Numbered from the stretch's first letter, positions 12,907-27,000 are shown. The stretch: 64,000 nucleotides of DNA from Chiloscyllium plagiosum (GCF_004010195.1 NC_057753.1:2776782-2840781); one strand, 5' to 3'. The notes: generated by a model from the letters alone, not told the origin. Numbers and translations are program-made.

Positions 12907-13243
12907 TTCCTACACTGTGGAAACAGGCTCTTCGGCCCAACAAATCCACACCAACCTTCAAAAGAGTATCTCACCCAGACTTATTACCCAACTACTGTAC
13001 ATTTCCCATGACTCGTGCACCTAACCTAAACATCCCTTAGCACTATGGGCAATTTAGCTTGGCCAATTCACCTAACCTGCATATCTTTGGACTATAGAAA
13101 CAAACTACAGCAAACGGAGGAACCCACGCAGAGACTAGGAGAATGTGCCAACTCCACAGAGTCAGTCGCCTGAGGCTGGAATCGAACGAGGGTCTCTGGT
13201 GGTGTGAGATAGCAGCATTAAATACTGAGTCACTGCATCACCC
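12907..13243 (-). mobile_element. HE1-like tRNA-derived SINE
   Basis: Reverse complement of the SINE at 27846, with head, central domain and cactgtggaaacaggc...ttcggccc tail. Confidence 0.85.
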
Positions 13244-13544
13244 CATGAGTGCCCATTGCTAATGGTGGAATGATTAATATCTGTTGGGTGTGCATTCGTA
13301 TATTTAAGTTTAGAGTAAACAATGTAATGGATGAGAGTTACAGCAGCAGATGAATAAGACTAGGGCAGGGGCAGGTGAGGTTATTGTGGTAGAGGTGGGT
13401 TGTCTTGTTAATGATGGGAACATAAGTTTGGAAACTCATGTTGGGGGAGAATATTTTACCATAGTTATGAACGGTTTGTACACAGTACAATACCTTTCAC
13501 TGCATCTCAGTCTCTGAGACAAGAATACATCAAATCAAATCAAA

Positions 13545-13980
13545 AATCCTCACATCACCTCTCAACCTCCAGCCGTTCCCTTAGACGTATGCTCGCCACT
13601 CTATCCACCCCTCTCCCCACCTACTACTGAACCTTGGGCTAAGGAGAATACCTGCTTTCCATTCACCGTGACCAAGGCCATCATATCATTAATCACCTCT
13701 AATAGGTTGCATTGAACGTTCACTGCTCCAAGCTTGTCGAGCCTCCCTGCTACGCTGAAATGCTTCATTCCAAGAAAATGCTGGTGAATCCTTTCTTAAC
13801 TCTCTCCAGTGCAATTACACAATGTTAACGTATGTTAATCAGAGAAGCGTAGTTTATTTGCATAGTTCCCTAATAATCACCCTGCACTTGTAAACGTTGC
13901 CATGACAGGAAAATAAACAAGCGTCCCTTTTGCCTTATTAGCTCCCTTATTTACCTGTTCTGCCACCTTCAGTGAACGAT
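13545..13980 (-). mobile_element. Old CR1 LINE 3' fragment
   Basis: Contains ctggtgaatcctttcttaactctctccagtgca, the reverse complement of the 'LERVQRRFTR'-like region. Confidence 0.55.
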
Positions 13981-15309
13981 GGAAAAAGCATAACATGATA
14001 CCTCTAATCCTCTGAGATTCTTAGTTATGTTTTGCGTAGCTTGTGCTGAATTTAACTGAATCAAAGGCATACGTTTTACAAAGCCCGAATACCCCAGTTC
14101 ATTCCTCTGAATCACTGAAATTGTCAGGCACATCTTCCACATCTCAACTGTAACTCCTTGAGAACACTGCAATCCATTTTCAACTTGCTCCAGGATTTAG
14201 TATTCAATATTCCTTTATTTAATATGGATGTCCTCATCATGAAATACATCACATGACTCCCTGTAAGTCTGTGAGGGGGCGAATAAATCTGTGAAGGTGT
14301 TTAACTCAATCATATATATCTCGTGCAGAATGTAGGAAACGTTAGCCATTAGGATTACCTCAATACTCCCACCACTTTCCCTGTTATATGTGTCAGCAAC
14401 ATTTGCCACTTACCATTTTGAGGAATTGACTTACCAGGTGTAAAAGATTCGAAGGACTATCTGCTGCAAACATTAACAGAATTAAAGTGTTTTTCTCCCT
14501 TCGAATGAGAAGAAAAGCTCACGAGAGGCAAGTTTATACGTTTGTCAGCTTAGGTTTCTTTAGTGTAGTTTAATGACAAGATAACTCATTCGGGAATTGC
14601 CTAAGTGTTGCTTGGATGTTTGGTGAGTATGGAGAACTCTGCGTGAGGTTCCCTACGCCACTGCTTCGTCTATTGGGAGGTCTGACATAGATTGGAAGAC
14701 AGGTATTTCCTGGATTGGAGGACATTGCATCCCAGCGATAGTATGATAGTGAGGGTTGGAGAGTGTCGTGTAAATACTGCTGCGTGACCCTGTCTCACTC
14801 AGTGTGAAATCAGATACAGCTCTCGCATCACAGGTTCACACCGCTCTTCAGTCAATATCATAATTTAAGATAGCAATGAATTTCCACAATGAATTTCCGC
14901 AATCACTGCCTCAGAAGCATATTTTTCATATTCCATAAACGACACCACCTAACCCGTTGCAGCTTTAATTTAAGACAGAGTGCGATGTACTCTCGTTCCA
15001 CAACAATCCACAACACTGTCAGGTACCTCAGATACAGAAATGAACTTTCCAAAGATCTATGGATGAATTTACTTGGAAAATTTACTCTTCAGTTCATCAT
15101 GAAAATCCACATATTACGGCAGCGCAAGAGTCCCTTTTAAGAAAAATATTGCAACGATATTTTAAACTGAAATTGGCCATTTTGAAATTAGCTATTCTTT
15201 GGGAGAAAATGTAAATACGAACGTTTTCACTGTCCATAATTTCATAACTGGGAGAACAGAAGCATAATTAAATGCATTCCAGTGCACCTTTCTTCAAACA
15301 CAGGACGTA

Positions 15310-16100
15310 ATTGTCGTTGGTTGGGCAATAACTTACTGCCCACCCCTTTGGGAAGGTTCTAGCCAGTTGCCTTCTTGAACTTCTGCAATCCTTTATCTAT
15401 AGACAGACGAACAAGGCTGTTGGGGGTGTGAGGGGTGAGTTCTGTTGCTTTGACCCAGTGATGTTGGAGGAAGAGCAATATACTTTCAATCAGGTTTCTT
15501 GAGTGGATTGAAGTGAACTCCTGGTGTTGTTTTTCGCAAACGGCTACTGGCCTTTCCCTTCCAGGTGATATTGGTTATGGACTTGGAAGGTGCTGTGCAA
15601 AGGATTCTTTGCAAACATCTTTGTGCACCTCATGGATGGTTCCTAAATTGCTGGTGTTGGTGGGAGTGAACATTTGTGTATTTGTGCCGAAGAAGCATGA
15701 TGCTTTGACCATAAGGTGTACACGGGCAATTCATAATTTAAGGTAACAATAAATTTCAACAATGAATTTCCGCAATCACTGCCTCAGAAGCAGATTCAAA
15801 TGGCGAATGGTTCTGCTTTCAGATCAACACCTCTTGGTCCCCGGATGTGATGACCCTTGTGATTTATTTTCACTGAACCTGATTATCTAAGGGTGAATTC
15901 CAGTGCAGTCTACCTACCGTGGACATTTCCTTCTGCTATCTTGACAGTTGGCTACATTTTATCACGTGTGGAATTGGGGAGTGCACTTGATGAAAAATAC
16001 ATTGCACCAAATAGACTTGAGATGGAACAAGTCGAGGGCCTATTCAATGTTCCCAGTGACTTCAACCAGGCAAACGTCATGAGTGTGCTGTGAGACAGCG
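15310..16100 (-). mobile_element. Decayed 3' fragment(s) of the LINE family seen at 57965-61161
   Basis: ttactgcccacccctttgggaaggttctagccagttgccttcttgaac is the reverse complement of the 3' UTR at ~61050-61120. Confidence 0.55.
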
Positions 16101-17880
16101 CCAACACGTCTCCTACGCTATCAGAGGTCCAAATACCATGCATTATTTGTACACAACCATCAAAGATGCATATCACTCCATTCCTTGCCCAAACCTTCAG
16201 TAAATCAGAAAATAAGTGTATGGTTCTTCTCCCAGGTTGCAAGAAATAAAAAAAACTCAGGTATGATGATCCACTGCAGAAGTCATACATTGCTGGTCTG
16301 CGATAATCGAGGAGCTCCTACCTGACTGATCCATATTCAAGAATTCAGCAGCTATCATAAATCAGTATGCCACTACCGTCACAGACGTCTTCAGTAAATG
16401 TACAGATGATTGTGTTTGCAAAGGTAGTTAATCCACTTGTCCACCAACCAGAGATGATGGATGAACCATAAAGTACACTCCCTAAAGAAGTCTTGGATTT
16501 GAGACGAATGTGTCAGGTAAACCTAAGCTGCACAAAAATCCAGGTATGCGTTTTGCAAAGTCACTAGAGACGCCAAGGTACAACAGCAGATTAAACTAGA
16601 GTCCCATGCTGAATAAACATACACACACAAGTTGTGGCAACCCTTACAAGATATAACAGGCTATAAGTTGAAATCAAGTAGAATGGCTGATAGCAAGACA
16701 GCCCTGCATGATGACCTCAATGCATACTATGCTCGATTTGAACAGAGGTTCAATGAAATAATGTTACCTGCCTCAACAGACTTGGGTGTACAAGTACCCA
16801 AAGATAGTGCCACAAGGTCAGATCAGCGTTCTTGAGGATGAACTCACAGAAAGAAACGGGTCTGGAAGAAGTTCCCACTGTGCACGTAGATTCTGCTTAG
16901 ACTAGTTTGTAGGAGTATGTGCTAACATTGTTCACTTCTCCTTCCTACGATGTGAGGTTCCCACCTGCTGAAGAACACCACTACCATCCCTGTGCCAAAG
17001 GAAAATCCGGCAATGTGTCTGAAAGAGCGATCACTCAGTGGGTTCTGACGTCCAACATTATTAACCAATTCTGGAGGTTAGTAATAGCACATATAAACAC
17101 AAGCCTCCAACATTGTGGCCTCCCTGGCTCTAAACTCCGTTCTGGAATATCTAGATAACAAGGACACCCAGGGCAGAATCCTATGCATTGACTTCCGGCC
17201 GTGTACTCACCGTTTTAAGACAGCTCTTCCAAACCAATGATTTTATTGCCAAATGCGGCTCGAAATGCATTTGCAAATTTATTGATGGCACTTCCGTAGT
17301 GAATCGGATCTCAAACAATGACAAGACATAGTACATGAATGAAACCGATAGCTGAGTGGCAAGTCATAAAGACAATGATCATTTTTTTAATATCAAAATG
17401 AAAGAGCTGATCATTGAGTTCAGGAAGCTTGATGAATGGTGCTTAGTTGGAAGTGGCCGAGAGCTACAAAGAGTAAGAACTTCAACGATCTATGCTGGTC
17501 CATCCACGTCGACACTGCAATAAGCATAGCCTACCGATGCTTGTACCTGTCTCAGAAGGCTAAGGAAATGTGTCATGTCTACAATGACTCTTCACAATTT
17601 TTCTCGATGCGCCATTGAAAGCATTCTTTCGAGATGCATCATAATTCGGTACAGTAACTGCAATGCTTAAGTTCGTCGGAAACTACAGAGAGTTCTGAAC
17701 ATAGCCCAGTCCATCATAAAAGCCAGCGTTATTTCGCTTGTCTGTTCTATTCTAAGTAGTTCCGTTCTATTACCCTAATGTACATCTGCAAGGTGCAATT
17801 TATCTGGTTAGCAGGCAGTACAGTAACTTTCACTGCATTTTTCTGCATGTGTAAATGTAAAATCAAATCACATCAAAATC
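16100..17880 (+). mobile_element. Decayed Rex1/Babar-type LINE, 5'-truncated
   Basis: ORF 16632 reads WQPLQDITGYK...LHDDLNAYYARFE, a Rex1-like motif. RT remnants follow, and there is an (AAATC)n-like tail at ~17858-17880. A short copy of the same tail lies at ~13485-13548. Confidence 0.7.
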
Positions 17881-18578
17881 CTCGATAGCCTCCATTTTTT
17901 TCAGTGTTTCTGCTGATGCATTCCCCAAGTGGGGAGTACACCACCACGCTGTCGACTTGTCCCTTGTCGCTGGAAGAAAAGATCTGGGGAGTCAGACGCT
18001 GAGGTACTCAGTTCAGGACTCGTCGCCTCGGACTTACTCTGCAGCCAGAGTACTAATATTGTTAACAAATAGTTACGTGGAAATTAAAGCTTTAGCCTTC
18101 TCTCTCCGTAATTTGTTTTCAGAAATATTGAGTGTATCTAACGTGTTTTTTTTCCTTTTATTTCAGATTTCTAGCACGATGTTTTGCTTCCATTAATAGA
18201 GGTAATCCAGTTTGTGCCAAAATGACTATTAGTGTATACAAAAGATTTTTGGTATAAGAAAAGCAGTTAAGACATTTTTTTCGGTGCAGATAAATCAGAG
18301 TTAACGTTTCACGTCCAGTTCTGAGGAAAGGTCACTGGTGCAAAATCTGCTAAGCATTTCCAGCATTTTCTGTTATTGTTTCTGACTTCCAGCATCCGCA
18401 GTTATTTTGGGGTATTTTGTAGTCCTGAGACATATTGCATTCAAGACATGGGAAAAAATCATACTTCATCAAAACATTTCGAGCCACAGCTATACTAATG
18501 TGTGTTTTTGTAACAGGCATAGCATTTGCCGTTCAAGGTCCAAACTATCTAATTCAACCCCTAGAGCGTAAGGTTGCT

Positions 18579-18584
18579 TATAAA
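18579..18584 (+). promoter_or_regulatory. Candidate TATA box of GPCR copy 1
   Basis: TATAAA about 55 bp upstream of the exon-1 ATG. This is weak evidence in AT-rich DNA. Confidence 0.3.
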
Positions 18585-18889
18585 TGCAGCAAAATACAGC
18601 ATAACGTGGAATGTGATTAAAATTTATTTTAGAAATGCACATATCACCAAAAGATTTTGTGTTTTCCATTTTCTATCCTTTACATGCAGCTATTGGGATT
18701 CCAGGTAAAGTATTTGGATTATTAGATAACTCGCTGGTTTGTAAATAATTTAGAAATGTTATTTGTAAATTATTTATAAGCATTTATAAATATCTCATTT
18801 TACGACCAATAGCATATTTTCCCAGCATGGATATCGTGTCTGTAATTTAAACTGTTCTGTTTTCCTTTAAATGGTTCATCTTTTCATTT

Positions 18890-21800
18890 TCAGGCAAGGA
18901 ATATGGAGAGAGAGGAGTTGAACTCGTGCCTACAAGGATAGTGCAGGAGGGAGGGTTTTGGATTCTTGGATAACTGGGGCTCTTTCTTGGGTAGGTAGGA
19001 TCTCTACAAGCAGGATCTCTTCATCTGAACCAGAGGGGTACCAATATCCTGGGGCAGGAATTCACTAAGGCTGTTGGGGTGGGTTTAAACTAATCCAGCA
19101 GGGGGATAGGAATCAAAATTGTAGTTCGTGTATAGAAGAGGTTGAGAGTAGGGAGGTCCAAAATCAAGTTTCAGGTATGCAATATGGCACCGGCAAGCAA
19201 GACGTTGGTTTGAAGTGTGTCTACTTCAACGCCAGGAGCATCCAGAATAAGGTCGGTGAAGTTGCAGCATGGGTTGGTACCTGGGACTTCGATGTTGTGG
19301 CCATTTCGGAGACATGGATAGAGCAGATACAGGAATGGTTGTTGCAGGTTCCAGGATTTAGATGTTTCAGTAAGAACAGAGAAAATGGTAAAAGAGAGGG
19401 AGATGTCGCATTGTTGGTCAAGGACAGTATTGCAGTTGCAGAAAGACTGTTAGGAGACTCATCAACTGATGTAGTATGGGCTGAGGTTAGAAACAAGAAA
19501 GGAGACGTCACCCTATTGGGAGTTTTCTATTGGCCTCTGAATAGTTCCAGAGATGTAGATAAAAGGATAGTAAAGATGATTCTCAACAGGAGTGAGAGAG
19601 ACAGAGTAGTTGTCATGGGGGACTTCAACTTTCCAAATATTGACTGGGAACATTATAGTACGACCACTACAGATGGGTCAGTTTTTGTCCAGTGTGTGCA
19701 GGAGGGCTTCCTGACACACGATGTAGACAGGCCAACAAGGGGTGAAGCCACATTAGATTTGGTACTGTGTAACGAGCCCGGCCAGGTGTTAGACTTGGAA
19801 GTAGGTGAGTACTTTGGTGATATCGATCACAATTCTATTATGTTTACTTTAGTGATAGAAAGGGATAGGTGAATACCAATGTGCAAGAGTTACAGCTGGT
19901 GGAAAGGCAATTACAACGCGATTAGGCAAGATTTAGGAAGCATAGGATCGGGAAGGAAACTGCAGGGGATGGGCACATTAGAAATGTGGAGCTTATTCAA
20001 GGAAAAGCTCCTGTGTGTCCAAGATAAGTATGTACCTGTCAGGCAGGGAGGCAGCTGTAGAGCGCGGGAGCCATGGTTTATGAAGGAAGTGGAATCTCTG
20101 GTCAAGAGGAAGGAGAAGACTTATGTTAGTATGAGATATGAAGGCTCAGTTAGGGCGCTTGAGGATTACAAGGTAACCAGTAAAGACCTAAAGAGAGAGC
20201 TCAGAAAAGCCAGGAGGAGACATGAGGCTCTGTTGGCGGATAGGATCAGGGTAAACCCCAAGGCTTTCTATAGGTATTTAAGGAATAAAGAATGATGAGA
20301 GTGAGATTAGGGCCAGTCAAGGATAGTAGCGGGAAGTTGTGTGTGGAGTCAGAGGAGATAGGGGAAGCACTAAATGAATATTTTTCGTCATTATTCACTC
20401 TAGGAAACGACAATGTTGTCGAGGTGAATACTGAGATACAGGATAATAGACTAGGTGGGATTAAGGTTCACAAGGAAGAGGTATGAGCAATCCTGCAGAG
20501 TATGAAAATAGATATATCCCCTGGGCCGGATGGGATTTATCCTAGGATCCTCTGGGAAGCCAGGGAGAAGATTTCCGAGCCTTTGGCATTGATCTTTAAA
20601 TCGTCATTGTCTCCAGGAATAGTGCCAGAAGACTGGAGGATAGCAAATGTTGTTCCCCTGTTCAAGAAGGGGAGTAAAGACAACCCTGGTAATTATCGAC
20701 CAGTGAGCCTTACTTCAGTTGTTGGGAAATTGTTGGAAAAGGTTATAAGTGATAGGATGTATAATCATCTCGAAAAGAATAATTTGATTAGGGATAGTCA
20801 GCACGGTTTTGTAAAGGGAGGTCGTGCCTTACGAACCTTCTTGAGTTCTTTGAGAAGGTGACCAAACAGGTAGATGAGAGTAAACCGGTTGATGTGGTGT
20901 ATACGGATACACCACATGGCGTTCGATAAGGTTTCCCGCAGTAAGCTATTATACAAAATGCGGTGGAATGGGATTGTGGGAGATATAGCAGTTTGGATCA
21001 ATAATTAGCTTGCTGAAAGAAGATAGAGAGTGGTGGTTGATGGGAAATGTTCATCCTGGAGACCAGTTAGTAGTGGTATACCGCAAGGATCGGTGTTGAG
21101 TTAACTGCTGTTCGTCATTTTTATAAATGACCTGGATGAGGGCGTAGAAGGGTGGGTTAGTAAATTCGCAGATGACACTAAGGTCTGTGGAGTTGTGGAT
21201 AGTGACGAAGGATGTTGTAGGTTACAGAGAGACAGAGATATAAGCTGCAGAACTGGGCTGAGAGGTGGCCAATGGTTTATAATGCGGACAAGTGTGAGGT
21301 GATACACTTTGGTTGGAGTAACCGGAATGCAAAGTATTGGGCTAATGGCAAGATTCTTGGTAGTGTAGATGAGCAGAGAGATCTCGTCGTCCAGGTACAC
21401 AGATCGTTGAAAGTTGCCACCCAGGTTGTCAGGGTTCTTAAGAAGGCATACAGTATTTTGGCATTTATTAATAAAGGGATCGAGTTCCGCAACCATGAGG
21501 TTATGCTGCAGCTGTACAAAACTCTTGTGCGACCGCAGTTGGTGTATTGTGTACAGTTCTGGTCACGACATAATAAGAAGGATGTGGAAGCTTTGGAAAT
21601 GGTGCAGAGGAGATTTACTAGGATGTTGCCTGGTATGGAAGGGAGGTCTTACGAGAAAAGGCTGAGGGACTTGAGGCTGTTTTCGTTGGAGAGAAGAAGG
21701 TTGAGAGGTGACTTTAATAGAGACATATAAGATTATCAGAGGGTTAGGTAGAGTGGACAAGGAGAGCCTTTTTCCAAGTATGGTGACGGCGAGCACGAGA

Positions 21801-22073
21801 GGGTATAGCTTTAAATTGAGAGGTGATGGATATAGGACAGATGTCAGAGGTAGTTGCTTTACTCAGAGAGTAGTAAGGGTATGGAATGCTTTGCCTGCAA
21901 CGGTAGTAGATTCGCCAACTACTACCATTTAAGTGCATTTAAGTCGTCATTGGACAAACATATGGACGTACATGGAATAGTGTAGGTTAGATGGGCTTCA
22001 GATTGGTCTGACTGGTCGGTGCAACATCGAGAGCCGAAGGGCCTGTGCTGCGCTGTAATGTTCTATGTTCTAT
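18890..22073 (+). mobile_element. CR1-clade (HER1-like) LINE with near-complete ORF2 (APE endonuclease + RT), 5'-truncated within ORF1; inactive
   Basis: Begins with the C-terminus of an esterase-type ORF1 (...REGFGFLDNWGSF...LHLNQRGTNILG). The endonuclease shows YFNARSI, ISETW, MGDFNFP, LDLV and DH. The RT shows PGPDGI, NYRPVSLTS, QHGF and KFADD. It has several stops and frameshifts and ends gccgaagggcctgt...ttctatgttctat. Confidence 0.95.
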
Positions 22074-23211
22074 AATTACTCCTATTTTACAGAATCGCGT
22101 TTTTAACATACATTGTCCATTGATTTCTTCTATGCAACAATTTTATAAGATACAAGAAAAAACTCACCTTAAAATTACTCTGCACACTAATGGAACAACA
22201 TATTTCAATTGTAGACATTTATTTTGAACGTTATTCATTGATCTTCTCACTTTCTACAATATTATTTGCCTCCGTTCCAAGGTGATTTTCTTTCAGGTAT
22301 AATGTTTCAGTTTTAACTCCATAAGTTTTTGTTATATCTGTACTCTTCCTTATCTTTAATGAATCGCAAACTTGTCGGAGTACAGAAGAAGGACATTCTT
22401 TACATCTTCTGTTCATCCGATCTCCAAGTAAACAATTCACTTTCTCCTATTCTCGTGCATTCTCTTCACAAACCTGCATAATATTCTGCAAAGATAAAAA
22501 TCTAATTCAATGTTAAACATTGCATTCGTAACATCATTAGGCAGTGCATTCCTAACATTAACATATAGCTGTGAGCAAACAATATTTTGGTTTCTCTCTA
22601 TCATTTTCGTTTAGTTTTCGATTGTTGCAACTTTATGACCTCCCGTTATTGATCATTTCACTGATTGGAAAAATAGCTTCACATCTACTCTCCACAGGCA
22701 TTTTAATGATTTAAGTTGCTTTGTGAGCACGACCATTTCAAGGTAAAGTGCATTGACATTGCATGTTGGGAACATTACTCTGAATAAACATCGTAAAGTT
22801 ATGCTGGTGTGAATGCTGAAATGTTACAACATTGTTGCAATTACTAGTTTTGAGTCTGTTACATTGTAAGCGCTTTCACTGTGGCTGACTTAAAACGTAG
22901 TTTTTCCGTATAAATGTGGACTTACCACGATCTTGGCCGTATTCACTGTCTGTGGACCATTGCATTGGCATTTTTTGATATAAATGTAGAACAGGTTATG
23001 GTGTTCCATTTGTTCTGGAGGTGAATTGTCATTTTGGAATTAGGGGGCAAGTCTGATTTTTTTTAATAAACATTAAAAGTTGCATAACAATTCGCCGAAC
23101 TAACTGATAGTTTATAAGGTTTGAAGCGTTGGTCACATTCGATCTAATTTAAGGACGAATTTAATGAATAAAATATTGTAATTACCTAGATATTGACGAG
23201 CACAAAATATT

Positions 23212-23620
23212 AGTATGTAGATTGTCCTACCAGAGGGGAGGCCATATTGGATTTGGTACTCGGTAATGAACAGGGACAAGTGATGGGCTTGTTAGTGGGT
23301 GAACATTTTGGTGATGGTGACCACAATTCTGTGACTTTCACCTTGGTTATGGAGAGAGATAGGTGCGTGCAACAGGGTAGGTTTTATAATTGGGGGAAGG
23401 GAAATTACGATGCTGTAAGACAGGTTCTGAGGAGCATAGGCTGCCAGGGAAGGATGTCGTGGAAATGTGGAACTTTTCCAAGGAACAGATACGACGTGTC
23501 CTTGATATATTTGTACCTGTCAGGCAGGAAAGAAATGGTCATGTGAGGGAACCTTGGTTGACGAGGGAGGTTGAATGTCTGGTAAAGAGGAAGAAGGAGG
23601 CTAACATAAGGTTGAGGAAA
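23212..23620 (+). mobile_element. CR1 LINE fragment (end of endonuclease/linker), cut by the gap
   Basis: Encodes LDLVLGNE..QV..VGEHFGDGDHNSVTF. Confidence 0.85.
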
Positions 23621-23861
23621 NNNNNNNNNNNNNNNNNNNNNNNNNNNNNNNNNNNNNNNNNNNNNNNNNNNNNNNNNNNNNNNNNNNNNNNNNNNNNNNN
23701 NNNNNNNNNNNNNNNNNNNNNNNNNNNNNNNNNNNNNNNNNNNNNNNNNNNNNNNNNNNNNNNNNNNNNNNNNNNNNNNNNNNNNNNNNNNNNNNNNNNN
23801 NNNNNNNNNNNNNNNNNNNNNNNNNNNNNNNNNNNNNNNNNNNNNNNNNNNNNNNNNNNNN
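23621..23861. other. Assembly gap (241 N)
   Basis: Run of N. Confidence 1.
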
Positions 23862-24172
23862 CTTTCCAAATACATGTACATCCTGTCCCTCAGCATTCCC
23901 TCAAACAACATGCCCACCACCGAGGTCAGGCTCACCAGTCTATAGTTCCCTGGCTTGTCTTTACCGCCCTTCTTAAACAGTGGCACCACATTTGCCAACT
24001 TCCAGTCTTCCGGCACCTCACCTATAACTATCGATGATACAAATATCTCAGCAAGAGGCCCAGCAATCACTTCTCTAGCTTCCCACAGAGTTCTTGGGTA
24101 CACCTGATCAGATCCTGGGGATTTATCCACCTTTAACCATTTCAAGACATCCAGCACTTCCTCCTCTGTAAT
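23862..24172 (-). mobile_element. CR1 LINE fragment (RT N-terminus), cut by the gap
   Basis: Encodes KVDKSPGSDQVYPRTL...VPEDWKLANVVPLFKKG..PGNYRLVSLTS. Confidence 0.9.
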
Positions 24173-24374
24173 CAGGTCGTGGAGGGGTGTTTGAGAGTGG
24201 GAGGTGGTGTTGGTATTATTTCACGACATTGATAGCATATCAATTTACAAACACCATCCTCTGCTTCTGGTCATTTTTTGAAGGCCAAATCAAGATAGGT
24301 AGCCAATCTTTAGGGTCATAATTCAAACCCAAAATCTTGCTCTTGGTATCTCATGTATCAACGGTCTATCAACT

Positions 24375-26080
24375 CCATACAGGTCAACAAAGGTTTGATT
24401 ACCCTAATCCCATTTTCCAGCTCTTGGTCCATATCCCTGCAGGCGATTGCAATGCAAGTGAATACCTAAATGCAGTCCAAATGTTACAAGAATTCCTGAC
24501 TCAACCACTCTTCTAGGCAGTGAGTTCCAGACCCCCATCCTTCTCAGTGAAAAATAAAATTCTCCTCAATTGTCCTCTTAGCCCTCCACCTCTTATCTTA
24601 AATCTATTCCTCATGATTATTTGACCCTTCTACAAATGAAAAAAGTGCCTTCCTATCCACGCTATCTATGCCCTTCATAATCTTACAGACATTATCTGGT
24701 CCCCTCTCAACATTTGCTGCTCTGAGGAACACAGCCTCAGCCTTCCAATCTTTCCTCTTAGCTCAGACCTTCCAATCCATGCAGCATCTTGGTAAATCTC
24801 CTCTGCACTCTCGCTAGTGCAATCACACTCTTCCTATATTGTGCTGACAGGAACTGCACTCTCCAACGGTGGCCCAGTCAGCACTTTTATACTGTTCCAG
24901 CATACCTCCCTGCTCTTGAAATCTGTGCCTTGACTTATAAAAGCAAGGATCTCATATTCCTTCTTAATCAGCTTACCTATCTGTCCTGCAGGGATTTGTG
25001 GGTATAAACATCAAGGTGCCTCTGATCTTCAGTATTTTCCGGGGTTCTACCATTCATGGTTCAATCCATTGATTTGTCTCAAATACATTACCTCACACTT
25101 TTCTAGGTTGAATTTTATTTGCCATGTCTCTGACCAACTGACCAGCCTGTCAATATCCTCCGCAATTCATGGTGATCCACCTCACTATTACCACCTTTCC
25201 TATGTTTGTATTGTCTGCAAGGTGAACTTCTTGATCACACCATCACACTTACGTCCAAATCATTATTATAGAACACAATTAGTAAGTGAACAGGAATCAA
25301 CTTTCTGTAGAATCTCATGGAAAAAGACTTCTAGTCACAGAAATATGCCTCGACATCACCCACTGCTTCCTGTCTCTCAGGCAATTTTAGATCCCGCATG
25401 CCATTTTGTCTTGGAATCTACGTGCTCTTACTTACTTGACCAGACTACCATGAGCGATCTCATCAAAAGCTTTACTAAAATCCATGTTGATCACATCAAA
25501 TGCAATACCATCATCAACACTCCTGGCTACCTCCTCAAATAATTAAATCAAATTTCTCAAACAGAATATTCCTTTAACAAACCTATGATGATTATCCCTG
25601 ATTAATCTGTATTTCTCCAAGTATATATATTTTCAATCTTTTAGCATTCTTTCTGATAACTTCCCCATCATAAGGATAGGCGGACTGGCCTGTAATTTCC
25701 TGGTCTGTCCCTTCCTTTTGCTTTTATAACGGACAATGTTGAGAGTGTTCCACTTGTGACCAGAGAGGGTTTGAAATTTACTGGCAGTGCCCTTAATATC
25801 TTCTCCCTTGCCTCCCTCAACAGCCTGGGATACATCTCACCTGAGCCTGCAGGTTAATCCACTTTTAGGGCAATGAAATCTGGTAGTATCTCCTCTCTCT
25901 ATACGCTAATTTCTTCCAACATTTCACAGTCCTCCACCCTGATGTCTATACATGTGTTGTCCTTTTCCATTGTGAAGACAAATGCAAAATATTTTTTGAG
26001 AACTTTTCCCAGACCTTCCATGTCCACACACAGATTGCCTCGATTGTCCTGAATGGGCTCCACTCTTTCCCTGGTTATTA
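24375..26080 (-). mobile_element. Older CR1 LINE, RT to 3' end
   Basis: The reverse complement contains RT-like segments (DVINMDFSKAFD near 25460-25500) and a CR1-like 3' region. Confidence 0.75.
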
Positions 26081-26261
26081 TAGTAAAAGTAGCCTTTTCA
26101 CAGTTCAGGACTTCGATACCAAACCCAAGCCTTCCTTTTTTATAATTATCCTAGGGTCAATACAAATGTTAATGATTTAATGAACTATGCTAACTCCCCA
26201 GTCAACCTGATAGAATTAGTTTAACAAAGAAACACTGACCAGATACTTAACACAATAAGAA

Positions 26262-27000
26262 TGTGGAATACAGGGTTAATGGTAGGGTTCTTAGTCAGGT
26301 GGAGGAACAGAGGGATCTTGGGGTCTATGTACATAGATCTTTGAAGGTTGCCACTCAGGTGGATAGAGTTTGTAAGAAGGCCTATGAGTATTATCGTTCA
26401 TTAGCAGAGGGATTGAATTCAAGAGTCGTGAAGTGATGTTCCAGCTGTACAGGCCTTTGGTTAGGCCACATTTGGAGTATTGTGTGCAGTTCTGGTCGCT
26501 TCACTTTAGGAAAGATGTGGAAGCTTTGGAGAGGGTGCAGAGTAGATTTACCAGGATGTTGCCTGGAATGGAGAATAGGTCGTACGAGGATAGGTTGAGA
26601 GTGCTAGACTTTTTCTCGTTGGAACGGCGAAGGATGAGGGGTGACTTGATAGAGGTTTTTAAGATGATCAGAGGAATAGATAGAGTAGACAGTCAGAAAC
26701 TTTTTCCCCGGGCACAACCGAGTGTTACAAGGGGACATAAATTTACGGTGAAGGGTGGAAGGTATAGGGGAGATGTCAGGGGTGGGTTCTTTACCCAGAG
26801 AGTGGTGGGGGCATGGAATGCGCTGCCTGTGGGAGTGGTAGAGGCAGAATCTTTGGTGACCTTTAAGCGGCAATTGGATAGGTACATGGATGGTTGTTTA
26901 AGCTAGGACAAATGTTCGGCACAAGATCGTGGGCCGAAGGGCCTGTTCTGTGCTGTATTGTTCTATGTTCTATGTTTATGTTCTATGTTCTATGTTCTAT
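26262..27000 (+). mobile_element. Young CR1 LINE 3' fragment
   Basis: Open ORF 26433-26906 (LYRPLVRPHLEYCVQFWS...FFTQRVVGAWNALP), followed by gggccgaagggcc and a (TTCTATG)n tail. Confidence 0.95.

Noticed and set aside
18738..18793. AT-rich imperfect palindromes just inside the GPCR copy 1 intron
   Set aside because: Low complexity and not conserved in the copy 2 intron.
19177..21932. Functional endonuclease/RT gene
   Set aside because: ORF2 is broken into many pieces by stops and frameshifts, and ORF1 is truncated.
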